Assembly: GCA_049694415.1 (NCBI GenBank)
Contig: JBAVQV010000021.1
Span: 1-54,166, forward strand
Direction of reading: 5' to 3'
DNA length: 54,166 bases
Source: Dehalococcoidia bacterium
Lineage (GTDB): Bacteria > Chloroflexota > Dehalococcoidia > GIF9 > UBA5629
In this document: one piece after another, positions 19,924 to 27,568 of the stretch
How the letters are laid out: every line of letters starts with the position of its first letter
Position numbering within the stretch: the first letter of the stretch is position 1
Made by a program: the position numbers and the translations under genes
Notes under the pieces: model-generated
Told to the model about the DNA's origin: nothing
The model's database searches: none
What the model saw: only the letters and a program-made list of their open reading frames with translations

Positions 19924-20643
19924 CTAATAGTTTCCAGATATCAGTTTTATCAGATTAACGCGAACTTTGATGTCCTCATTTTTGGTTACTTGCTGAGGTT
20001 CCTGCTCAGTATATGGTACGGATACAGTTTTAGTGACCTTGACCGTAGCTTTCCCGGTCTTAGTCAACCCAACACCATCTTTGGCTATATCCCTATACAC
20101 GACCTGTGTCCCGTCATGGGCTGTCAGGGTGACAACCCAGGTGTCGTTCGGCCCCGCCGATTGTTGCATTTCTACAATTTCAGCGACCGCGTCAATAGGT
20201 GTCTCATTTCCCTTCACCGTTTCGTAATAAGTATAGGGGACATAATAGGGGTCGCCCCAGTAGTCATACTCAATTGTGTAGCCCGAGCGCGCTACCTGTG
20301 TCGATTTTTCCGCTAAATAGCCTTGGTAGACTTTAATGGTTTCATCTTGTGTCACCTGTTCTTGTCTCTCTTTTTGCACCGGGACCATTACCGTCTCAGT
20401 TTTTTGTACTGTTTTTGTTGCTGAAAACAGCGGCAGAAAGAGCAGAAGCAGCACTCCAATAACGCCGACTATTACTATCCAAGGACTTGCCCCAAACCAT
20501 TTTGCCCCTTCAGGTTTTTCCCTCACTACGACCGTTCTCCTGATTACCCTGGTTGGCGGCTGTGCTCTTAGTCGTGTCTTGGGTTGTCTCACCCCGGTTG
20601 GCTGGTTTCTTACTTGAGTTTTGGGTAGTTTCGCTTTGGCCAT
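19924..20643 (-). CDS. Single-pass membrane protein, paralog 1 of 3 (basic N-tail, conserved C-terminal domain)
   Basis: 239 aa with an R/K/P/T-rich tail, one TM helix, and a domain with IKVYQGY...TPIDAV...W(V/I)(V/I)TLT...YRDI. It is the most divergent copy and carries a Tyr-rich insertion. Confidence 0.6.
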   Translation of the reverse strand: MAKAKLPKTQVRNQPTGVRQPKTRLRAQPPTRVIRRTVVVREKPEGAKWFGASPWIVIVGVIGVLLLLFLPLFSATKTVQKTETVMVPVQKERQEQVTQDETIKVYQGYLAEKSTQVARSGYTIEYDYWGDPYYVPYTYYETVKGNETPIDAVAEIVEMQQSAGPNDTWVVTLTAHDGTQVVYRDIAKDGVGLTKTGKATVKVTKTVSVPYTEQEPQQVTKNEDIKVRVNLIKLISGNY

Positions 20644-20719
20644 AGCCCATATCTCCTTTTCCTGATAATTAGCAATGCTGAATTAAATATAAACCGAATT
20701 CATTACACTTGTCAAGACC

Positions 20720-21391
20720 TTACCTTTCTACACGATAGGCTTGGCAACCGAATTCCAATAGATACTGCATGAAATTGACGCGAGATTTAACCTCTTTCTG
20801 TGTGGTCACCTCCTTAGGAACCAGTTCGGAAGTTGGAGTGTATACTTGGGCTCCTGTGTTATCCACCCTAATCGTTCCCGTGGGTGTCAAATCTTCGGTA
20901 ACTATATCCCTGTATATAGTCACCGTGTTGTCAATGTCGGTCAAGGTGATAACCCAGGTTTTTGTTCCCCACTGCGGTGGCCCAATCGCTTTGCTCTTGG
21001 TCACTATTCCATTGACTGCGTCAACAGGTGTCGTAGTGCCATTTATATCGAGCATGTATCCTTGGTAGACCTTAATAGTTTTCTGTCCAGGTGCTGCCGG
21101 TGGCAGCTCCTTTGTTGGCCCCGGCACCATTATGGTTTGAGTTTCTGCTACCGTTTCTGTTACTGTGCACAGCGGCGCAAAGAGCAAAAAGGCTAGAAGT
21201 GCACCGCCACCTATTACCTGCCAAGCCTTGAGGCCAAACAACATCATCCCCCTGGCTTCTTCCGCATCAGCTTCTTTCAAATCAAGCTCATCCCAATCAG
21301 GCTCTACTCTTCTCCGCACTACTTTTGTTGGATTATACATCCTGGTTTTAGCTGAGCTTCTACTCGTTGGGCGTGGGCGTCTCCTCGCCAT
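20720..21391 (-). CDS. Single-pass membrane protein, paralog 2 of 3
   Basis: 223 aa with the same architecture. Long stretches are near-identical in DNA to paralog 3, for example GTCAATGTCGGTCAAGGTGATAACCCAGGTTTTTGTTCCCC. Confidence 0.6.
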   Translation of the reverse strand: MARRRPRPTSRSSAKTRMYNPTKVVRRRVEPDWDELDLKEADAEEARGMMLFGLKAWQVIGGGALLAFLLFAPLCTVTETVAETQTIMVPGPTKELPPAAPGQKTIKVYQGYMLDINGTTTPVDAVNGIVTKSKAIGPPQWGTKTWVITLTDIDNTVTIYRDIVTEDLTPTGTIRVDNTGAQVYTPTSELVPKEVTTQKEVKSRVNFMQYLLEFGCQAYRVER

Positions 21392-21593
21392 AACTTATGC
21401 CTCCTTTCCCAGATAATTATCAGTAGTGCATTCAATATAACCAGCTTTATTAAGTTTGTCAATACTTTGAGCTAGAGATTCTGTGGTCATTTTGGAGAAT
21501 TCCTATTTTTTACACGTCTGCAGCCAGACGGTCAATATGACTCTGGTTCAGTAAGTAAAGTTAATAGGGTGTGGGCACGGACTCGCAACCGGA

Positions 21594-22205
21594 TTAGAAT
21601 ATCCACTGTATAAAATTGACGCGATATTTAAGCTCTTTCTCTTTGGTCACCTCCCTAGGAACCATTTTGGTACTTGGAGTCAATAATTTGGTTCCTGCGT
21701 CATCGGTTAGGACCCTAAGCGTTCCCGTGGGTGTCAAATCTTCTCTGACTATATCCCTGTACATAGTCTGTATGTTGTCAATGTCGGTCAAGGTGATAAC
21801 CCAGGTTTTTGTTCCCCCCCACGCCGGTGGCCCAATCGCTTTACTCTTGTTCACTATTCCACTGACTGCATCAATAGGTGTCTGAGTGCCATTTATATCG
21901 ATCATGTATCCTTGGTAGACCTTAATAGTTTTCTCTCCAGCTACTGGCGGTGGCATCTCCGTTGCCACTGGCTCATATACCGTTTCTTTTTGTTCTACCG
22001 TTTCTGTTTCTGTGAACAGCGGCGCAAAGAGCAAAACGGCTAGAAGACCACCACCAACTAGTACCTTCCAAGGTTTGTGGCCAAACCACAGTTTCTCCTG
22101 GGCTTCTGGTGGTAACATAAAGCTTGCTCCATGCCTCTCTAACTCGTTCCTACTATACTCTTTCCTAGGTTTCCGTAATATTCTAGTTGGGCGTCGCTTC
22201 TCCAT
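21594..22205 (-). CDS. Single-pass membrane protein, paralog 3 of 3
   Basis: 203 aa. KTIKVYQGYMIDINGTQTPIDAVSGIVNKSKAIGPPAWGGTKTWVITLTDIDN matches paralog 2 almost residue for residue. Confidence 0.6.
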   Translation of the reverse strand: MEKRRPTRILRKPRKEYSRNELERHGASFMLPPEAQEKLWFGHKPWKVLVGGGLLAVLLFAPLFTETETVEQKETVYEPVATEMPPPVAGEKTIKVYQGYMIDINGTQTPIDAVSGIVNKSKAIGPPAWGGTKTWVITLTDIDNIQTMYRDIVREDLTPTGTLRVLTDDAGTKLLTPSTKMVPREVTKEKELKYRVNFIQWIF

Positions 22206-22286
22206 AACCTATGCCTCCTTTCTCCTGAAGAACGTTTTGATTTGCCCGGTTATCGATGACAAGTTTTGCATTATACCATATATTGT

Positions 22287-23096
22287 CTATGGTTTCTGGC
22301 AGCTGGGGCAGAAGTAGCTGCCGCGGTTTCTGATGGCCAGGCGCTGGATGGGAGTGCCGCACACAGGGCATGGCTTGCCGCCGCGGTGAGCCATGTGAAA
22401 GTTATCATGTGCCGTGCCCAATCGTCCATCAGGCCGTTTGTAAGTATCAACGCTGGCACCTTTGCTGTCAATGGCTGACCGCAGGACATCGATAATTGTT
22501 TGGTGCAGGTTCCTGATTTCTTGAGCTGACAGGCTGTTTGCTTGTCTTAACGGATGGATTCTGGCGGCGAATAGGGCTTCATCGGCATACATATTGCCTA
22601 TGCCGGCGAGGAAAGCCTGGTCGAGAAGAACAGCTTTTATCGGTGCCTGCCGTTTGTGCAGCCGTTCAGCCAGAGTTTCGGCGGTAAAACTCGGGGCTAG
22701 CGGTTCCGGTCCCAGCTTGCCGATAACGGACTGTTCATTTTCCAGTAGCCACAGCGCTCCCAGCCGCCTGCGGTCGATAAAGACAAGCTGGCTGCCGTTG
22801 TCAAGATGAAAGATAACTCTAGCGTAGCCGTCAAGTTGCTTTGGATTCAGCAGTAGAGCCCCGGTCATTTTGAGGTGGATAACCAGCACGTTATCGCCGG
22901 AAAGGCGGAAAATGAGATATTTACCGCGGCGCTCGAGGTCGTTTATGCTTTGCCCTATCAGTCCGCTGCGAAATTCCTCGACTGAAGGTTGTTTCACCGG
23001 CTTGGCATCGCAGACGATGATATCGGTGAATCGCCGGCCGATTATATGAGCAGAAAGCTCGTTCTTTATGGTCTCCACTTCAGGTAACTCAGGCAA
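22287..23096 (-). CDS. mutM: Formamidopyrimidine-DNA glycosylase (Fpg/MutM)
   Basis: PELPEVE N-terminus, H2TH region, and C-terminal zinc finger CPVCGTPIQRLAIRNRGSYFCPSCQ. A TTG start at 23096 gives M-PELPEVE and 269 aa. The ORF-track ATG at 23138 would bury the catalytic Pro. Confidence 0.9.
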   Translation of the reverse strand: MPELPEVETIKNELSAHIIGRRFTDIIVCDAKPVKQPSVEEFRSGLIGQSINDLERRGKYLIFRLSGDNVLVIHLKMTGALLLNPKQLDGYARVIFHLDNGSQLVFIDRRRLGALWLLENEQSVIGKLGPEPLAPSFTAETLAERLHKRQAPIKAVLLDQAFLAGIGNMYADEALFAARIHPLRQANSLSAQEIRNLHQTIIDVLRSAIDSKGASVDTYKRPDGRLGTAHDNFHMAHRGGKPCPVCGTPIQRLAIRNRGSYFCPSCQKP

Positions 23097-23233
23097 TGTT
23101 TGATAACCACCTTTAAACGAATTGCGGTTGGCATGCACTCGTATTTTAGCTTAAAGTGCTTGTGTGTTAAACATTTGCTGGGTATAATCTTGGATTAAAA
23201 TTAACCGCATATTCTAATTTAGCGGAAAGCAAG

Positions 23234-23968
23234 ATGAAAAACAGAGGACTACTTATGCTGGCTACTTGCATGGTGCTGGCTACTACGCTGGTAATAACGG
23301 GCTGCGCCAGTCCGGCTCAAGAACATGTCAACAAAGGTAATGCATATTTTAAGCAGGGGCAGTACGATGAAGCCGCTATGGAATACAGTAAGGCGGTCGA
23401 GCTTGACCCACAGCTTGCTGGCGGCTATAACGGCCGTGGGCTTGTCTATCAGACGAAAGGTCAGTTCGATGAAGCCATAGCCGACTTTGACACAGCGATT
23501 GAGCTGGAACCAACAAATGCCGAGTTACATTACAATCGTGGTAACGTATACCTTGAGAGAGGGCAATTTCAAACAGCTGTAGCTGATTATGACAAGGCTA
23601 TTGTGCTTAACCCAAAGTTTGCCATGGTTTACAACAACAGGGGGCAGGCTTATGCCGGTCAGATGCAATTTGACGGAGCCATAGCTGATTATAGTAAAGC
23701 TATCGAATTAGACCCGAAGCTGGCAGTGGCTTATGATAACCGTGGCCTCATGTATCGTGATAAAGGAGAGTTCGACCAGGCTATATCTGACTTCACCAAG
23801 GCTATTGAATTAGACCCAAAGCTAGCCAAGGCATATTTTAATAGGGGTTACGCCTATAACAAGAAGGGCGATAAGACCCAGGCAAAAGCTGATTTGGATA
23901 AGTGTATTGAAATATCCACCGACCCTGCGCTCACCAAAGCAGCCAAAGAGCTGCGAGAGAGATTGTAA
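23234..23968 (+). CDS. TPR-repeat lipoprotein
   Basis: Lipobox ITGC followed by six consecutive 34-aa TPR units (A..Y..AIELDP....AY.NRG..Y...G). Confidence 0.85.
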   Translation: MKNRGLLMLATCMVLATTLVITGCASPAQEHVNKGNAYFKQGQYDEAAMEYSKAVELDPQLAGGYNGRGLVYQTKGQFDEAIADFDTAIELEPTNAELHYNRGNVYLERGQFQTAVADYDKAIVLNPKFAMVYNNRGQAYAGQMQFDGAIADYSKAIELDPKLAVAYDNRGLMYRDKGEFDQAISDFTKAIELDPKLAKAYFNRGYAYNKKGDKTQAKADLDKCIEISTDPALTKAAKELRERL

Positions 23969-24131
23969 GAAGAAATTCGTGATTTTGACTTCGGGAAGTT
24001 CAGGCATGGTTTTCACCCGCCGATAATGCTTGCGCTGCCAATACTAACAAGCGATAACGGTTCTACCAGTAAAAGAGCTTTGCGAAGCGGAATTTGGGCG
24101 AGTGCCGAAGGCACGAACTTCTTATGCTGTG

Positions 24132-25433
24132 TTATATGAGCTGGTGAATATTTGAGGCCTTCCATGATTCTTTATTCTTTTTTTTATCAAAAGATGGAAT
24201 TGCATCAAAAGTAACTTCATCTTCATCTATTATATCAGGTGGCAAATCTGACTTATAACAGAAAAATGATTGCTCATCTTTCGCAATAATAAAACAGAAT
24301 GGATGGTCGCTCCGACCTAAACTTACTTTACCAACAAGTCCCTTTCTTACTTTGCGTTTCTTATATGACAAGTTCTTTAAGTCGTTCTCTTCACCCACTA
24401 GTTTGCTCCACTCAGTTCGGCAAATACTCAGTGCTTCTTTCAGAGAGGATGGCTCCTTATTACCAATGATTTTATTTAAATCATTAACAGTATTTATTAT
24501 AGACTCAGGTACAGTCCATCCTTTTTCATCTCTAACGTATTTGCATAGGACAAGGTGGGCTCTTGCTTCCTTGTATTTCCCCAGTTCCTTACAGAGCATT
24601 CCGATATCTACAAATAGTGATACCATAGATTCAAGTTTCAAATGACCACTAGCAGCTTGGTACATTAGTTTTAAAGCGTCTTCTCTGCGGCCTATATCTC
24701 TAACTACTTTTGCATACTCATAAAGCATCCACCAGTCAGGCTTATAACCACTACATAGATTTTGATAAATCTTTTCTGATTCAGGAAGGTTGCCAAGAAG
24801 ATGGTTTGCTAAGGCCTTAAGTCGCAGGAAGAACTTTTGTTGTTTGGGAAATCGTACTAAAATTTCATCGACTGTATTTATTGCTTCTTTTGCATCTCCT
24901 TTTTCAATAAGTCCATTTATACGGTAGTTATACCAGAGGGATTGGTCACTCCATCCTTCCCTACCCGAATCATCTGTCATAGATTTCGTACTAAGAGAAC
25001 CCGGATCAATTTTAACCACCCATTCATTAACAGTCTCCCAATGATTAGAAGACTTGGCTGATTTTAACACCTTAAAAACTATCATCTTTGCAGCTAAACC
25101 GTCAGGGTTCAAACTCATTATTCTTTTGGCTATCTCTACTACCTTTTCAAGAGGTTCTTCTTCATTGAATTTATCAAGTATCCCTTGGATGTAAGTCCAT
25201 ATAACTTCATTTCGACACCAATCGAAGCCAGGATATTTGACAATCAGTTCATCAGCAAGAACAATTGCCTCATCAAATAATTCTAGCTTCCTGAGACAAT
25301 GAAGAAGGCCCGCACCGTCAAACTTGTCCCCTGGTTCTTCCCATAAATTTCTATAGATTAGAAGAGCTTCTTTGTGATTCCCTGCTTTCCTGAATTCATT
25401 AGCCTTTTGTTTCTGTTCTGTTAAATCAATCAT
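24132..25433 (-). CDS. TPR-like helical-repeat protein with C-terminal degenerate cold-shock/OB-like domain
   Basis: 433 aa. About 350 aa are helical-hairpin repeats (A..Y..L repeat pattern). The last ~70 aa (GLVGKVSLGRSDHPFCFIIAKDEQSFFCYKSDL...DEDEVTFDAIPSFDKKKNKESWKASNI) follow the CSD beta-strand pattern but lack the RNP1/RNP2 aromatics. Confidence 0.55.
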   Translation of the reverse strand: MIDLTEQKQKANEFRKAGNHKEALLIYRNLWEEPGDKFDGAGLLHCLRKLELFDEAIVLADELIVKYPGFDWCRNEVIWTYIQGILDKFNEEEPLEKVVEIAKRIMSLNPDGLAAKMIVFKVLKSAKSSNHWETVNEWVVKIDPGSLSTKSMTDDSGREGWSDQSLWYNYRINGLIEKGDAKEAINTVDEILVRFPKQQKFFLRLKALANHLLGNLPESEKIYQNLCSGYKPDWWMLYEYAKVVRDIGRREDALKLMYQAASGHLKLESMVSLFVDIGMLCKELGKYKEARAHLVLCKYVRDEKGWTVPESIINTVNDLNKIIGNKEPSSLKEALSICRTEWSKLVGEENDLKNLSYKKRKVRKGLVGKVSLGRSDHPFCFIIAKDEQSFFCYKSDLPPDIIDEDEVTFDAIPSFDKKKNKESWKASNIHQLI

Positions 25434-25447
25434 ATTCTATAACTTAA

Positions 25448-26389
25448 CTATTTTTTGAAAACCTCACTTGTTGTCTTAAAATGCAGTTTTGCTACCTTTC
25501 TAAGTGACTCTTTCCCGTACATATCAACAAATTTCTTTGCATTTTCTATAACTGTCCGCGATGAACCTTTAGGCAAGCCAATTTTATATTCATCCGATAG
25601 TCTTGAGAGTTTTTCTAAGAATCTTGCTCGCGATAGAATCGATGCCGCTGCCACAGCTATATGCTGTTCCGCTTTATGCACTTGTATTAGTCTAATCCTT
25701 TTACCTTTTTCCTGAAGTTTCCCAAGGATAAAACTCTCATCTGCAAATTGGTCAGCGATTGCAACTTTACAATCTACCTTAGAAAGAATCTCTTCTATTG
25801 CTTTTGCATGCCCCCAGGCGAGTAATGTATTTAAATTTTTCTTTTCCTTTTTAAATTGTTCGTATAAGTCATTATATTTCTCTGGAGATATTTCGATAAT
25901 CGCAAAACGCCCTTTACATATTTTGGCTACCTCTTGAGCAAGTTCTAAGTTCTTACTATCACTAAGTTCTTTGCTATCCTTGACGCCACATGCGATCAGA
26001 GCTTTCGCAGATTGCTCATCTACATAGACACCAGCACTAACCAAGGGACCGAAATAATCGCCCTTACCAGATTCATCTGTACCAATTATGGGAAATCCTA
26101 ATTCAACACCCTTCTTATTTGAATCAAATGATATTCCTTTTCCCTCTATCAAGGTTTGGATTTTTATAGCATTTGCTCCACCTTTAAGTTGTGAATAATC
26201 AATTTTCAAGGCACCTTTTTTGTTCTGATAGATTCTAATTACTCCTGACCAGTCAAGAATAGATACGGTAAACTGCAAACCATAATCGATCAATTGATAA
26301 TCTGAAATATTGATATTATCGACTGCCAGAATCGATTTTATATGTTCATATATTTCTAGAAGTCTGTCGCCCTGCTTCATGTCATTCAT
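25448..26389 (-). CDS. RNase HIII-type ribonuclease H (N-terminal TBP-like domain plus RNase HII/HIII catalytic domain)
   Basis: 313 aa. IIGTDESGKGDYFGPLVSAGVYV is the RNase HIII active-site motif (D105, E106). IADQFAD and HKAEQHIAVAAASILSR supply the remaining acidic residues. An N-terminal domain of about 95 aa precedes the catalytic core, as in RNase HIII. Confidence 0.8.
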   Translation of the reverse strand: MNDMKQGDRLLEIYEHIKSILAVDNINISDYQLIDYGLQFTVSILDWSGVIRIYQNKKGALKIDYSQLKGGANAIKIQTLIEGKGISFDSNKKGVELGFPIIGTDESGKGDYFGPLVSAGVYVDEQSAKALIACGVKDSKELSDSKNLELAQEVAKICKGRFAIIEISPEKYNDLYEQFKKEKKNLNTLLAWGHAKAIEEILSKVDCKVAIADQFADESFILGKLQEKGKRIRLIQVHKAEQHIAVAAASILSRARFLEKLSRLSDEYKIGLPKGSSRTVIENAKKFVDMYGKESLRKVAKLHFKTTSEVFKK

Positions 26390-26392
26390 TCC

Positions 26393-27499
26393 TTACTTTG
26401 GGAGTAAATTGAAAAGGTCGTTGAAATAGTCAAATATTTCTTTTGTATCTTTAAATATGGTGTTGACCTTTTCCTCTGCCTCTTCTGGGGAATCAACTTT
26501 GGTAATTTTGCTTTCGTCGCTGTGCATCATAAAGTTTCTGTTCGTCTTGACACATACACCAATTTTTTCGAGCATTGTGTCTGCATGCTTTTCTTCATCA
26601 CAAATAGACTTTCTTTTTGAATTTTTTTTATCATACAGAGCGGAAAAATTGGCATCTTTGGTCTTGGGATAATCTGCTTTGAAAAGACCTATATTAACAA
26701 GAAGTTTTTTTGCAAATCCTTCAAAAGCTTTAGAAGCAGGCATTACTAGAGGGGAAAACTCAGGTAGAGGAATTTTAGTTAAGCAAAGGCATTCTGAAGC
26801 TACAAACCATTTCTGGTCGTAAGATTCAAGATAGGCATAGACATCTCCTATTTTGGTTTTTACACTATTCTCAGCCAACTCTATGAGTTGAGGAGTATAT
26901 TTAGCTGCAAAAAGCTTCAAATTCTTTTCATCGCTTGATATAAATCTGGCTATTACTTCTTTATCTGACGGGCTGGCAATCTTTTCGATCAGGTCACAGT
27001 TATCATTAAAAAGTTTATCCATTTTACCTTGAAGTAATAAAGTACCATTATCGTACTGTGTCAAGGTTAAAGAGGAATTATTTCTGGTGATTTTAGCTCT
27101 ATATTCGATAGCAGAGCTTGGACTTTCAGTAATTTCCACTGTTGTCTCAAGCGTATTTAAAGATTCTTTTATTTTCGTTCTGAGTTCAGGTAGCATAATG
27201 TCATATCTTGTTGCACATGCTTTAATTTCCGGTATCTTATGTTCAAGAAAAGACTGCGGGTTAGTCTCAATTTCTCGTTCCAGATTTTTAAACTCCTCTT
27301 TCAAGCTGTTATGTGGGCCTCCCAGTACGATGCTGCCAGTATGATATATAGTCACTATAGTCCTTTCCCGAATGTTAGATATTTCTAAACGCCAATCATT
27401 GTTGTTATCTTCGGAAGGTTTGACCTGGTACTTTTTCTCTTTGCAATACTCGATAAACACTTGAGATAGCTTTGTGGCATTTGAAATAGATTTAGACAT
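26393..27499 (-). CDS. RnlA/LsoA-like toxin: two TBP-like N-terminal repeats plus C-terminal HEPN RNase domain
   Basis: 368 aa. Two repeats end in (V/L)T(I/Q)Y..G(S/T)(I/L)(V/L)(L)(G/Q)G (TIVTIYHTGSIVLGG and LTLTQYDNGTLLLQGK). The C-terminal helical domain carries the Rx4H motif RNFMMH (R321-H326, nt 26522-26539), close to where I recall the Rx4H motif lying in E. coli RnlA. Confidence 0.6.
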   Translation of the reverse strand: MSKSISNATKLSQVFIEYCKEKKYQVKPSEDNNNDWRLEISNIRERTIVTIYHTGSIVLGGPHNSLKEEFKNLEREIETNPQSFLEHKIPEIKACATRYDIMLPELRTKIKESLNTLETTVEITESPSSAIEYRAKITRNNSSLTLTQYDNGTLLLQGKMDKLFNDNCDLIEKIASPSDKEVIARFISSDEKNLKLFAAKYTPQLIELAENSVKTKIGDVYAYLESYDQKWFVASECLCLTKIPLPEFSPLVMPASKAFEGFAKKLLVNIGLFKADYPKTKDANFSALYDKKNSKRKSICDEEKHADTMLEKIGVCVKTNRNFMMHSDESKITKVDSPEEAEEKVNTIFKDTKEIFDYFNDLFNLLPK

Positions 27500-27539
27500 C
27501 TCTTAAACCCCCTAAAGTATTTCTATGATATAACCTCTG

Positions 27540-27568
27540 ATATAACTTCTTTCATTACTTACTTCCAA
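27540..27568 (-). promoter_or_regulatory. Putative promoter of the AT-rich operon
   Basis: On the minus strand: TTGGAA, a 17-nt spacer, then TTATAT, about 40 nt upstream of the first gene. The RBS AGGGGG lies 8 nt before the ATG. Confidence 0.35.

Larger units (their letters stand above)
24132..27568 (-). other. AT-rich accessory operon of three genes plus putative promoter; candidate defence locus
   Basis: The three minus-strand ORFs are separated by 3 nt and 14 nt. Hand counts of single 60-nt lines give about 25-37% G+C inside, against about 57-58% in the flanking polA and TPR lipoprotein genes. Confidence 0.7.

Noticed and set aside
19918-21416. Plus-strand ORFs (132, 64, 93, 99, 116 and 83 aa) across the three-paralog cluster.
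   Set aside because: They are antisense shadows of the minus-strand paralogs. Conservation between the copies follows the minus-strand frame.
25448-26389. Alternative reading: the RNase HIII gene is simply the housekeeping rnhC of the organism.
   Set aside because: I have not fully rejected this, but consider it less likely. The gene shares the foreign AT-rich composition and the tight coupling of its neighbours. Whole-genome context is needed to decide.
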